DNA of 64,000 bases from an uncultured Candidatus Bathyarchaeia archaeon (GCA_964544495.1 CAZJBY010000005.1:11081-75080), one strand, 5' to 3'; numbered from the stretch's first letter, positions 1 through 9,636 are shown. Notes: a model not told the origin generated them from the letters alone. Numbers and translations are program-made.

Positions 1-234
1 ACAGTATCCAGCTTGGCTTCTATTACAACAATTTCAATCGTAGCTTTTGACAGAATATACCTTAATGTCCACTGGTTCAGCGATGTTATTGGAGGCTTTC
101 TTTTGGGTTTATTCTGGCTCGCATTCACTTTATGGGTTTTTAGATACGCAGAACAAACCGTGAAATTTCAAGGGGTAAAATTCTGGAAAAACCCAACAGC
201 AGTACCAGCCCAACTCTTTCTTCTAGAACGCTAG
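1..234 (+). CDS. PAP2-family phosphatase, C-terminal fragment (5' end outside window)
   Basis: Frame 1 is open from base 1. FDRIYLNVHWFSDVIGG resembles the SRx5Hx3D C3 motif of PAP2 phosphatases and is followed by a TM helix. Confidence 0.6.
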   Translation, partial: TVSSLASITTISIVAFDRIYLNVHWFSDVIGGFLLGLFWLAFTLWVFRYAEQTVKFQGVKFWKNPTAVPAQLFLLER

Positions 235-1022
235 CTAAAAGACGACTCGTGCTTCGAATTCTTTCTTATAATCAAGAACACCGCCAGCACAGTAATGAAC
301 GCTACTGCAGCTGTTATGATCAAGTAATGTGCCACGCCGGCAACCTCGCGCCAACTGGCACCAACATACACGCCTAAGTAAATCAAAATGACGTCCCAGA
401 CAAGGCATCCAGCCGTAGTGTACGCAATAAACTTCGCCAGCGGCATCTTTACCGCCCCTGCTGGAAAAGATATTAAAGTTCTAAACCCAGGAACCATACG
501 GCTTAGAAACACAACAGGTGCACCATACTTATCGAACCATTTTTCCGCAGTGTCCATTCGTCCTTTATTATACAATAAATTCCTCAGAGTACTACGCTTG
601 GTAAGCACGCTCATCCCTTTTAATCCAATGAAATAATCAATCAGCGAACCTGCCACTCCCGCGAGAGTTGAAATTAAGACAGCAAACCAGAAGTTTATCA
701 AGCCCTGCGAAACCAAATAGCCGGCAAATGGCAATATAACTTCGCTGGGAATAGGCAGAGAAGATGACTCGAGCGCCATCGTGACAAAGAGGCCAACGTA
801 GCCCCATGACTGGACAGTAGCCGTAACGTTCTTCGTAAAAGTGACAATGGTGTTCAGTAAAAAGGCTATAGGTGTACCTGCAAACGTACTTCCCTCGATA
901 AGCATGTCTTCTAAAGTATCTAACACAATAATGGTTACAACAATCGTTGTAAGTGTTATAACTAGCAATTGCGGCAATCTTTCTTTAAATTTGAGGTTGC
1001 TACGCGACCACACGGGCATCAT
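231..1022 (-). CDS. DedA/SNARE-associated family membrane protein
   Basis: 263-aa polytopic ORF. VPGFRTLISFPAGAVKMP...TTAGCLVWD matches the conserved DedA core. Confidence 0.75.
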   Translation of the reverse strand: MMPVWSRSNLKFKERLPQLLVITLTTIVVTIIVLDTLEDMLIEGSTFAGTPIAFLLNTIVTFTKNVTATVQSWGYVGLFVTMALESSSLPIPSEVILPFAGYLVSQGLINFWFAVLISTLAGVAGSLIDYFIGLKGMSVLTKRSTLRNLLYNKGRMDTAEKWFDKYGAPVVFLSRMVPGFRTLISFPAGAVKMPLAKFIAYTTAGCLVWDVILIYLGVYVGASWREVAGVAHYLIITAAVAFITVLAVFLIIRKNSKHESSFS

Positions 1023-1220
1023 CTTAGAGAGAATTGTGACTAGAACCTTAATGTCAGAATTAACCTAAATGTACATCGCTTCAGACTTCGGCTTAAGATA
1101 CGACGTTAAATATCTGCGTTCAATTGTTTCCATTATTTTTAGTCCTTAGCATTACAGGGATAATGTTTTTAGGTTGTTTTAGTTTTTCTACAGCAATCAC
1201 AATAACGAGGAACAAGTAGC

Positions 1221-3683
1221 ATGCAGCCTCTGCCAAAGAAATATAATTTCAGCGAGATCGAGCGGAAGTGGCAGCAGAAATGGGAAGAGATGGGCATCTA
1301 CCGTTTCGACTGGAGCGACACCCAACGCACGCCGTTCACCATTGACACGCCGCCGCCGTATCCTTCTGGCGAGTTTCACATGGGCAACATCCTGAACTGG
1401 ACATACTTCGACATCGTTGCGCGGTATAAGTGCATGCGCGGTTTCAACGTGCTTTTCCCACAGGGCTGGGACTGCCACGGCTTAAGCATCGAAATTCAGG
1501 TGGAAAAAGAGCACAAGATCCGAAAGCGTGATGTGCCGCCTGACCAATTCCGCGGTTGGTGCGAGCAACTCATCGAAAGGTACATCGCCATAATGAAAGA
1601 CTCCATCCTGAAACTGGGCTGCAGCATTGACTGGACAACAGAGTACCGCACCATGGACCCTGACTACTGGCGCAGGACGCAGCTCAGCTTCATTCTCTTG
1701 CACAAGAAAGGCTTCATGTATCAGGGAACGCATCCCGTGAATTGGTGTCCACGTTGCGAAACCGCTATTGCCGATGCTGAGGTGGATTACGAAAAGCGGA
1801 AAGGCACGCTCCATTACATTCGGTTTCCGCTGGAAGGCACTGACGAGTATTTGCTTATTGCTACTTCGCGTCCCGAGTTTATTCCTGCGTGCGTGGCGGT
1901 TGAAGTAAGTCCCGAGGATGAACGGTGCAAGAGGTACATCGGCAAAAAAATAATCGTGCCCATAGCCAACCGTACAGTGACGATTATTGGTGATGAAGCG
2001 GTTGACCCCGAGTTCGGCACCGGTGTGGTTCAAATCTGCACGTACGGCGACAAGGAAGACGTGAAGACGGTTCTCAAGCACAAGCTTCCTATTATCAGGC
2101 TTTTAACTGACAACGGCAGGATTAACGCGAACGGAGGCAAATACGCTGGCTTAACCATAAACCAAGCCCGAAAAGCCATTGTGGAAGACCTTGAAGCTGC
2201 TGGTTTGTTGGAGAAGTCTGAGCCGCTCGCGCAGGAAGTCGGCGTTTGCGACCGCTGTAAAACGCACGTTGAGATTCTTGAGCATAAGCAGTGGTTCATG
2301 AAGACACGAGCGTTAACCGACAAAGTTGTAGAAACCGCCAACGAAGTCGTGTGGTATCCTGATTACATGAGAGCACGCCTCATCGACTGGGCAAGGTCTC
2401 TGGATTGGGACTGGGTGATCAGCCGCCAACGCGTGTTCGCCACACCCATACCTGTGTGGTACTGCACGAACTGCGGCGAACTAATCCTCGCCGAGGAAGA
2501 CTGGGTTCCGATAGACCCGAAGCTGCAAAACCCGCGCTTAGACAAGTGCCCGAAATGCGGCGGAACCGAGTTCACTCCCGAACGCGACGTTTTCGACACG
2601 TGGATGGACAGTTCAATCACATGTGCTGTGCATGCTGGATGGCCCGACCGTCCAGATTGGAAACGGTTTTTCCCCGCTGATGTGCATCCGTCAGGCATTG
2701 ATATTATTCGAACTTGGGCTTACTACTTGATGGTTAGACACTTGGCGCTGTTCGGCGAGACGCCTTACAAGAGCTGCCTCATAAACGGCATGGTCCTCGG
2801 CTCAGACGGCAGAAAAATGAGCAAGTCGCTCAAGAACTATGTGGCGGCGCCTGAAGTTTTAGGCAAGTACGGCTCAGACGCCACGCGCCAGTGGGCAGCA
2901 GGCGGCGGAGCTACAGGCTCAGACATTCCCTTCCGATGGCCAGACGTGGAGTATGGCAGGCGCTTCCTTGTGAAGCTGTGGAACGTGTCGAAATTTGCGA
3001 GTAAACTTTTGGAAGGCTACTCGCCTAGCGAAACGGGCGAGTTTGAGCTTCAACTCTTGGACAAGTGGATTTTAAGCAAGGCGGAAAAGCTGACGCAGAA
3101 AGTTACTGATGCCATGGAGAAGTGCCAATTCAACGTCGCTGTGGAGGAGATTCGCAATTTCACATGGCACCTGTTCTGTGACTATTACATAGAAGCCGTA
3201 AAGGACAAGCTGTACAATCCTGACGCCTATGGCTCAGCGAAGAAGCTTGCGGCTCAGCATACGCTTTACGAGGTCCTTCACCGTGTTCTGCAGTTGCTGG
3301 CGCCCATGACTCCGCATTTGACCGAGGAAATTTACCAAGCTATGTACGCAGAAGACAAGGGATTCAAGAGCCTGCAGATTTCGCCCTGGCCTGAGCATAA
3401 CCCTGAGCGTGAAGATGAGGCTGTGGAAAAGAACGGAGACCTCGTAATGGCAATCATGAGCGGAGTTCGACAATACAAAGCAGAGAACAAGTTGCCGCTT
3501 AACGCACCCGTCAAAACCTTAGATATCTACTCTGGAAACGCAGAAACCGCGAACGCAATAAACTCTGCAAAAGAAGACCTTGCTGGAACGCTCAAAATCG
3601 CTAACGTAAGAGTCCATCCAGAAAAGCGAAATGACGGCAAGCAAATCAGCCCGTACGACGTGTCCTTCCAAATTGAATACTAA
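1221..3683 (+). CDS. valS: valine--tRNA ligase (class I aaRS)
   Basis: 820 aa. HIGH-type motif PPPYPSGEFHMGN, FPQGWDCHGL, editing-domain TSRPEF...FGTGVVQICTYGDKEDV, and KMSKS. Confidence 0.8.
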   Translation: MQPLPKKYNFSEIERKWQQKWEEMGIYRFDWSDTQRTPFTIDTPPPYPSGEFHMGNILNWTYFDIVARYKCMRGFNVLFPQGWDCHGLSIEIQVEKEHKIRKRDVPPDQFRGWCEQLIERYIAIMKDSILKLGCSIDWTTEYRTMDPDYWRRTQLSFILLHKKGFMYQGTHPVNWCPRCETAIADAEVDYEKRKGTLHYIRFPLEGTDEYLLIATSRPEFIPACVAVEVSPEDERCKRYIGKKIIVPIANRTVTIIGDEAVDPEFGTGVVQICTYGDKEDVKTVLKHKLPIIRLLTDNGRINANGGKYAGLTINQARKAIVEDLEAAGLLEKSEPLAQEVGVCDRCKTHVEILEHKQWFMKTRALTDKVVETANEVVWYPDYMRARLIDWARSLDWDWVISRQRVFATPIPVWYCTNCGELILAEEDWVPIDPKLQNPRLDKCPKCGGTEFTPERDVFDTWMDSSITCAVHAGWPDRPDWKRFFPADVHPSGIDIIRTWAYYLMVRHLALFGETPYKSCLINGMVLGSDGRKMSKSLKNYVAAPEVLGKYGSDATRQWAAGGGATGSDIPFRWPDVEYGRRFLVKLWNVSKFASKLLEGYSPSETGEFELQLLDKWILSKAEKLTQKVTDAMEKCQFNVAVEEIRNFTWHLFCDYYIEAVKDKLYNPDAYGSAKKLAAQHTLYEVLHRVLQLLAPMTPHLTEEIYQAMYAEDKGFKSLQISPWPEHNPEREDEAVEKNGDLVMAIMSGVRQYKAENKLPLNAPVKTLDIYSGNAETANAINSAKEDLAGTLKIANVRVHPEKRNDGKQISPYDVSFQIEY

Positions 3684-3700
3684 AAAAAGAGGCAAGAGAC

Positions 3701-4453
3701 ATGAGAGAAAATCCTGAGTCAAAAAAAGTTGGCATAATAGGCTGCGGCGCCATCGGCACACTAATAGCGGAAGCAGCAGAACGAAAACTGGTCATGTGCG
3801 ACGAGGTGATTCTCTACGATTACGCGGCGGAAAAGACGGAAAAGCTCAGAAGCTCCCTGCGTTTTCCTGTGACTGTCGTGGCAAGTTTGGATGAGATGCT
3901 CAGGCTCAAGCCCAAGGTTATAGTGGAAGCAGCGTCACAGCAAGCTGCCCGAGAATATGTGGAGCGCATAGCCTCCGCGGGCATCGATTTGATTGTGATG
4001 AGCACAGGCGCACTTCTGGACTTGAACGTGCAGAGCAGCAAGGTTCACGTGCCATCTGGGGCTATTGGCGGATTGGACGCGCTTTCAAGTGCGGCTTTAG
4101 CTGGAATAGACGAGGTTGTATTGACTTCGCGGAAAAATCCACGCGCGTTCGAACTGAATAACAAGGAACCAAAAGTCGTGTACGAGGGCAGTGCTGAAGA
4201 GGCGGCGCGGCTTTATCCGCGGGAAATGAACGTTGCCGCCACTCTGGCTTTAACCGTTAAACCCGCAAAAGTGAAGGTGCAAGTGGTTTCCGACCCAGCG
4301 GTGCAACGCAACACACACGAGTTCACGGTGAAATGGCGGTTTGGCGAGATGTTCCTGCGGTTTGCGAATGACCCGCATCCCGAGAATCCGCGAACCAGCG
4401 CGTTGGCTGCTTGGTCGGCGATCAGGCTGCTTCAAAAGCTTTTGGAAACGTGA
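3701..4453 (+). CDS. nadX: L-aspartate dehydrogenase
   Basis: 250 aa. Rossmann N-terminus VGIIGCGAIG and PSGAIGGLDAL motif typical of NadX. Confidence 0.75.
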   Translation: MRENPESKKVGIIGCGAIGTLIAEAAERKLVMCDEVILYDYAAEKTEKLRSSLRFPVTVVASLDEMLRLKPKVIVEAASQQAAREYVERIASAGIDLIVMSTGALLDLNVQSSKVHVPSGAIGGLDALSSAALAGIDEVVLTSRKNPRAFELNNKEPKVVYEGSAEEAARLYPREMNVAATLALTVKPAKVKVQVVSDPAVQRNTHEFTVKWRFGEMFLRFANDPHPENPRTSALAAWSAIRLLQKLLET

Positions 4454-4479
4454 AGTTCATTTACGCTAAGAAAAAGCGG

Positions 4480-4875
4480 CTATTTCCACTCCCAGATTTT
4501 TCCCGTCCAGTTATCTTGCATGTCTGTCTCGTACTCGTGCATGCCCACGACTTTGTTTAGCCTAGCCAGTTTTTGTGATTGGGTTGTGTGAATGGACGCT
4601 GCCCTGGTGGCTCCGCCGTTTCCCGAAGGAAAACCCACTGCAATTCCTTTCGACACTATTGTCTCGCCCTCCATCGTTGTGAAAACGCTGTTCACTTCTC
4701 CCATGAAAATCCCGTTTGCCATAGTTCCAACAGAAGTGGAAACCAAAAAAGCATTTACGCCCAGAATCTTTCCTGTTCCCTGAGCCGTTGTCTCGATTTT
4801 TCCGTCAGGAAGCACTCTCCACCCCGTGTTCTTGCCCTTAAACTCACCAATAAGCTCTCCAAGCATCATGTTCAC
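4480..4875 (-). CDS. hypothetical protein
   Basis: 131-aa ORF with coding-like composition and no recognised motif. Confidence 0.45.
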   Translation of the reverse strand: MNMMLGELIGEFKGKNTGWRVLPDGKIETTAQGTGKILGVNAFLVSTSVGTMANGIFMGEVNSVFTTMEGETIVSKGIAVGFPSGNGGATRAASIHTTQSQKLARLNKVVGMHEYETDMQDNWTGKIWEWK

Positions 4876-5000
4876 CTCAGGAGATACAACACTTGATTTT
4901 TCTTATTAGCGTTTGTGACTGGGCAACGTCAATCACAGCGGAGCATAGCACTTGCCACATAGTCAGCTATTTCAGAAAGCAGTGAGTTGTTAGTTGACTC

Positions 5001-5032
5001 TTTATATAAGGGGGGTATAGACTGTTCCGAGC
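5001..5032 (-). repeat. G6-TATAGAC intergenic cassette, copy 1 (subtype B)
   Basis: The + strand reads TTTATATAAGGGGGGTATAGACTGTTCCGAGC. Read on the - strand it starts 15 nt after the stop of the radical SAM gene. Confidence 0.8.
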
Positions 5033-5046
5033 ATACCAGTTCAGCG

Positions 5047-6351
5047 TTAAGCGCCGTTAAAGAACTCCCAAGAAATGTTGAAACGCCATGGATCGCCCTT
5101 CTCAGTCAACTGTATTTTCCCGTTTCTCACTTCAATGAGCCCTTTACTTTTCATCCTGCTTATCTCATCAGGAAAAACTTCCTCGGGAAACCTGCCGAAA
5201 TCAGCTCTGAATTTCTCGCGGTCAACAGGAACACGGATGTAAATAAGCATCATAGCTTTTCTCATTTCGTCTTCCTCAGAAGTCTTGTGCAACCGCGCTA
5301 CAGGAAACTCGCCTTCCCTAACCTTCGAAATATAGCTTTGGATATCATCGATGTCCGAATAGAGAAAACGACCAATATGCCCCATGAAAAAACCAGCACC
5401 CGTACCCACCACTTCAGAAGAAGGCTTCGTGAAATCCTCTTTAACCCTTGAGAACCTGTTATGACAAGCAGGCTTGTACCCGTTTTCCTCAAAAACTCGG
5501 TAAGCTTCAAGATACATATCCAGCTCAACAGAGTCATCCCCCACAGGCGGCAATTCACCCGCCGCAATTTTTTTCGCAAGAGGAGTTTCAGGATACAAAT
5601 CCAAAGGATAACAATCCACACTTTCAACCTCAAGCTCCAACGCCTGTCTCAAATCCTCCTTCCACTGCTCCAGCGTCTGACCAGGAAGATTATAAAGCAG
5701 GTCAATGCTAACCCGCAAACCCCGCTTCCTCACCAGCCGCAACTTATCTTTCACATCTCGGCTACCATCACGAATCATCAAAGTATTACGCAAAGAATCA
5801 TCAAAAGTCTGAATCCCAATGTCCAACTGATCAACACCATTCGAGCAAAGCACACCGATCTTGTCTTCAGACAAACTGTTGGTGCACGCCGTGAACTTCG
5901 TCAAGTGATCCGCACTCAAATTGAAAGTTTCCCGACAAAAACCCAAAACATCCGCAATCTGCTCGGCGGAAATAACCGAAGGACTTCCACCACCCACGTA
6001 CAACTCGTTGAAAACACTCGATTTAACATAGTTATTCTCCGCATAAAGACTCAACGCCTTCTTAAGCGCAGCAACATACGAAGCCACGTTCTGCTTGTCA
6101 CAACTCACCGCAAAATAGCAAAAAGCACACTTACACTCACAAAAAGGAAGCCACGGCTGCAACTCCCTATTCTGACCACCCGAACCTTCCTTTCCTAGAA
6201 AATCAACAAACTCAGACAAAACCTGAGAAGTTGGAACCGACCTATCCCTGTAAGTCATTGGAGGCCAATGTTCAACATGATCATACGGCCATCCATTGTT
6301 AATTTTATGGTTCACTTGGAAACCTCTTCGAATAGCATGCGCCCTTGCCAC
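5047..6351 (-). CDS. radical SAM protein, HemN/HemW-like (coproporphyrinogen III oxidase family)
   Basis: 434 aa. CECKCAFC contains CxxxCxxC. GGGSPS motif and HemN-like C-terminal domain. Confidence 0.7.
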   Translation of the reverse strand: MARAHAIRRGFQVNHKINNGWPYDHVEHWPPMTYRDRSVPTSQVLSEFVDFLGKEGSGGQNRELQPWLPFCECKCAFCYFAVSCDKQNVASYVAALKKALSLYAENNYVKSSVFNELYVGGGSPSVISAEQIADVLGFCRETFNLSADHLTKFTACTNSLSEDKIGVLCSNGVDQLDIGIQTFDDSLRNTLMIRDGSRDVKDKLRLVRKRGLRVSIDLLYNLPGQTLEQWKEDLRQALELEVESVDCYPLDLYPETPLAKKIAAGELPPVGDDSVELDMYLEAYRVFEENGYKPACHNRFSRVKEDFTKPSSEVVGTGAGFFMGHIGRFLYSDIDDIQSYISKVREGEFPVARLHKTSEEDEMRKAMMLIYIRVPVDREKFRADFGRFPEEVFPDEISRMKSKGLIEVRNGKIQLTEKGDPWRFNISWEFFNGA

Positions 6352-6520
6352 TTTTAAAGTTAACTACCTTGCCCAAATGAAAAGAACCTCATCATAACCC
6401 GACCAACTCTCAAATCAACTATGCAAAGCGAACCCAGCATCTGCTGAACAGACGTAAAAATCGATGTTACGCTGATAGGCAACTGCTTGAAGGAACATGA
6501 TACAAGTAACGCGAAGCCAG

Positions 6521-6721
6521 TCAAGCTTGGATGTCCTGGAACCTGGCCGAATGCAACTGTCCGCCAGACGCCCAATCGGCTTTCGGCACTTCGTAAATAA
6601 TGATGGTGACGGCTTCCCGGGGAACACCTATCTCCTCTATCACTTTTGTTATTCCTTCAACAATTTTTTTCTTGTTTTCTTCACTTATGCCCGCCCAAAC
6701 AGTAACTTGTACTACTGGCAT
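6521..6721 (-). CDS. 4-oxalocrotonate tautomerase family protein
   Basis: 66 aa starting MPVVQVTVW (catalytic Pro1), with the typical beta-alpha-beta size. Confidence 0.75.
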   Translation of the reverse strand: MPVVQVTVWAGISEENKKKIVEGITKVIEEIGVPREAVTIIIYEVPKADWASGGQLHSARFQDIQA

Positions 6722-6836
6722 TTTCGTTTTTCACCATGCTAATGTAGCAGTTTCGGTTTATTTTACGGTTTCGGAAATGACAGGTGGGAAAGAAAAATCA
6801 GAAAAACCCGGCTTTTTCTCTTCGTCAGGCGTTGGA

Positions 6837-7292
6837 TCATGGCTGGGTGAATGGACTGGTCATTCCGACCATCAATTTTGAAAATTTGTCCAGGTTTTTC
6901 TCTTCTGTGATGAGAATGTCTTCAAGCAGTCGTTTAGTGCCGAAATCGCCTTCTTTCCCGGCAACTTGTATTGCTTGTTTATACAAGCGTACGGCTTCTT
7001 CCTCAGCTTGCTCATCCTCTTTCAGCATTTCTATAAAGGTAACACCCACGTGCACCGGCTCAATGTTGTTGGGTGGCACGCCGTTTAGATACGCAAGGCG
7101 TTCTGCAAGGGCTTCGGCGTGTTTCATTTTTGTGGCGGCTATGTCCCTGAACAGGTTTTCTACAACGGTGCCTTCCACGCCTTTGACGAGGATTCGTTGC
7201 CACATGTATTTTATGGAAAGGTTGAGTTCAAGCGCTACTGCCTTGCTTAACATTTCTCTTAGTTGCTTAGACTCCACATGATTCACCTTCAC
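6837..7292 (-). CDS. ferritin-like / bacterioferritin-like domain protein
   Basis: 151 aa. Helical, with E/H-containing pairs (ELNLSIKY, MKHAEALAERL, EEEAVRLY) typical of ferritin-like di-iron folds. Confidence 0.55.
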   Translation of the reverse strand: MKVNHVESKQLREMLSKAVALELNLSIKYMWQRILVKGVEGTVVENLFRDIAATKMKHAEALAERLAYLNGVPPNNIEPVHVGVTFIEMLKEDEQAEEEAVRLYKQAIQVAGKEGDFGTKRLLEDILITEEKNLDKFSKLMVGMTSPFTQP

Positions 7293-7364
7293 TGTATGAA
7301 ACAGTTTTTGGGCTCGTTTATAAGATTTTCACTTTGACTTTTCTGATTTCGTGGGGATGTGTGT

Positions 7365-7442
7365 TGGCGGGCCCGACGGGAATTGAACCCGCGACCCCCG
7401 GATTAAAAGTCCGGTGCTCTAGCCTTGCTGAGCTACGGGCCC
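7365..7442 (-). tRNA. tRNA-Lys (anticodon UUU), CCA encoded
   Basis: The reverse complement GGGCCCGTAGCTCAGCAAGGCTAGAGCACCGGACTTTTAATCCGGGGGTCGCGGGTTCAATTCCCGTCGGGCCCGCCA folds into a full cloverleaf with a 7-bp acceptor stem and anticodon loop CTTTTAA. Confidence 0.93.
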
Positions 7443-7588
7443 TCCTGCTGGATTGGTTGCTCATAGGAGAAACAAGAAAGAGGTTTTTTAGCGTTTCGAT
7501 TCTGCACTCGAGGAAACGGGTACCGCGTGCCTGTTTTGTTAGCACCGAAACTAAAAGTTGTCGCGTTTCTACGGTTTAGTCTTTGTGT

Positions 7589-7626
7589 GGGGGGGTATAG
7601 GTAAAAATTTGCACAACAGATTACGG
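7589..7626 (-). repeat. G6-TATAGAC cassette, degenerate copy (subtype A, no clear TATA)
   Basis: GGGGGGGTATAGGTAAAAATTTGCACAACAGATTACGG. On the - strand it starts 17 nt after the PadR stop and lies 147 nt upstream of tRNA-Lys. Confidence 0.6.
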
Positions 7627-7643
7627 GTGATTTGGAAAAAAGG

Positions 7644-8015
7644 TTAGGGAGTTGGTGGAGTCTTCAGGATGTTTGTCATGAAACCTCTGATTTTCTCGCT
7701 GGCTTCAAGTAGCGTGTTTATTGTTTTGCTGCCTTTCTGCGTGAGTTTGTAGACTCTTTTTCTTTCTTCCCATACTCCTTCGACGAGACCGTTTCTTTCA
7801 AGAGAGTATAGTAGCGAGTATACGGTGCCTGAGCTGACGAGCAGGTTAAATTTGTTGTGGATGTATGAGATGACATCGTAGCCGCTGAGAGCGCAGTTTC
7901 TTAACTCGGTCATTATTATTATATCCATGAAGTTTTTGATTATGCGCTCATGCATTTTCTTCAGGACTTTGCTTTCTAATCGTCCATTGCTAAGTATTGC
8001 TGTTGACGTTGCCAT
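7644..8015 (-). CDS. PadR-family transcriptional regulator
   Basis: 123 aa. YDVISYI...SSGTVYSLLYSLERNGLVEG...RKRVYKLTQKG is the classic PadR winged helix. Confidence 0.8.
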   Translation of the reverse strand: MATSTAILSNGRLESKVLKKMHERIIKNFMDIIIMTELRNCALSGYDVISYIHNKFNLLVSSGTVYSLLYSLERNGLVEGVWEERKRVYKLTQKGSKTINTLLEASEKIRGFMTNILKTPPTP

Positions 8016-8191
8016 GTTTATTCACGTTATAATAGTTTTATTCGTGTTTAGATATTTAAGATTTATTCGAATTTAGAATTAGAAGTTAAAACAAAATCTG
8101 AATCATATATACTGCTGTGACGTGCAGGCAAAACATAGCCAAGCAAAATTTCACGCCTGACCTCTCCCTTTTCATTTCACCCTTCCATAAG

Positions 8192-8214
8192 GCATGTTGA
8201 AAACATGCTTTTTC
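8192..8214 (+). terminator. perfect hairpin plus T-run (possible terminator of an unannotated transcript)
   Basis: GCATGTT-GAA-AACATGC followed by TTTTTC, inside a 415-bp AT-rich intergenic region. Confidence 0.25.
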
Positions 8215-8430
8215 TTGGAAAAGAACCAGAGTTTACGGTCTGCATTGAAAACAACGCGTAAAGTGTACGCAAGTGTTTTTCTTTGGAAAAAGGTTTTCAG
8301 TTGTAAGTTTTGTTGAAAAAAGTTTCAATTTTTAGTTATATAAATAACGTGGAGTCAACGAAATTTTAAATGCATAATTTTCATTTTAATTGCAAACAGT
8401 GCTGTTTTTACTAGTTAGCGATATACATGC

Positions 8431-9636
8431 ATGTTAACAAACGTTATTTTCTCTTTAAGGCTTAGAAAAGGCAAGGTGTTAAAATTGATTTCGTGGAAAC
8501 ACTCCTTTAAGAGATTAAACGAAGAATATGAAATAGCGAAGAAAAAGAAGCAAGCTTTAGACAATTTATTTGAAAACGGCAGAATTTCTCAGGCCACACG
8601 CGACTCGTTCGACAACGACATAAACTCGGTCATAACTGAAATCGAAAAACAGCAGAAAGACCTACTCATGAAAATGCAAGGTAAAGCACAGGAACTGGAG
8701 AGTCAGATAAAAACGTTGGAAACGCTTCTCGCCAACTACGAGATACAGCATGTGGTTGGCGAAATCGAAGAGGAAGTTTACCAGCGCGAAATAAATCTCC
8801 TTTCAACAGGGCTTGAAAGCGCCAAACGCGAACTAAACATAATAAAAGAAGCTACAATCCAGCTTTGTCCACCTGTCGAAGAAACAACAACGGAAGCGGT
8901 CTTGCCAGCAGAGGAAAACATGGTCGAAGCCGAACCTGTCCAAAATGAACTCGTAGAGAACATCCCAGCCGCTCCGGAAGAAGTGGAAGTTACAGCAGAG
9001 CAGTGTCCTCAGGAACCAGCCATAGCGATGGAAGCAGTTCCAGAACAGCCTGAAATTGAGACCGCAAACATTATTTCAGCGGAGACGCCGCAAACCATGG
9101 AAGATGTGCCGCAGGAAACTGAGTGCACGCCACAAGTTGCTGAATACACTCCACAAGACACGTATGAAACGACTGAAGCAACAGATGACAACGCAGAAAT
9201 CACAGAAGAAATGGTGCAGTCTGAAGAGGAAATGCCTCAAGTCGCAGAGGAACTCTCAGAGGAAACATACGAGCAGCCAGAAGTTATCCAAGAGACGCTG
9301 CCAAGCATGGATGAAACGTCAGAGCTGACAGAGGAAACCACAGAAGTTACAGAAGAGTTTTCTCCAAGCATGGAAGAAATAGCGGATGAGCCGGAAATCA
9401 TAGAAGAGATGCCGCAGCCCCTAGAGGAAACGTCACAGGACATTGAGGTCGAGGATGAACTGCAAGAGGTAGATGAAACGCCGCAAATTATGGAGGACAT
9501 GCCGGAGGAAATCCACCCTTCAGAAGCGCCCGAAATGGCGCATCAGGAAGTAAGCGTCGAGGACGTGGCGGAAGGGGATCAAGTGGTCGAAGAGGAGTCG
9601 GCGAGCGCAGAGGCAGACGAAGACGCTGAGGATTGA
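8431..9636 (+). CDS. coiled-coil protein with an extremely acidic E/T/P-rich repetitive C-terminal half
   Basis: 401 aa. The N-terminal ~130 aa has heptad-like helices. The remainder is a low-complexity acidic region with degenerate PSM(D/E)E repeats. Confidence 0.6.
   Translation: MLTNVIFSLRLRKGKVLKLISWKHSFKRLNEEYEIAKKKKQALDNLFENGRISQATRDSFDNDINSVITEIEKQQKDLLMKMQGKAQELESQIKTLETLLANYEIQHVVGEIEEEVYQREINLLSTGLESAKRELNIIKEATIQLCPPVEETTTEAVLPAEENMVEAEPVQNELVENIPAAPEEVEVTAEQCPQEPAIAMEAVPEQPEIETANIISAETPQTMEDVPQETECTPQVAEYTPQDTYETTEATDDNAEITEEMVQSEEEMPQVAEELSEETYEQPEVIQETLPSMDETSELTEETTEVTEEFSPSMEEIADEPEIIEEMPQPLEETSQDIEVEDELQEVDETPQIMEDMPEEIHPSEAPEMAHQEVSVEDVAEGDQVVEEESASAEADEDAED

Noticed and set aside
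5461-6198. A 245-aa + strand ORF opposite the radical SAM gene.
   Set aside because: It is antisense to a gene with clear CxxxCxxC and HemN-like motifs, and its composition is skewed and non-protein-like.
8431-9636. Possible CdvA-like cell-division protein, because of the helical-hairpin repeats.
   Set aside because: It lacks the N-terminal PRC-barrel-like domain and a recognisable ESCRT-III-binding C-terminal motif. The resemblance is limited to generic coiled-coil character.
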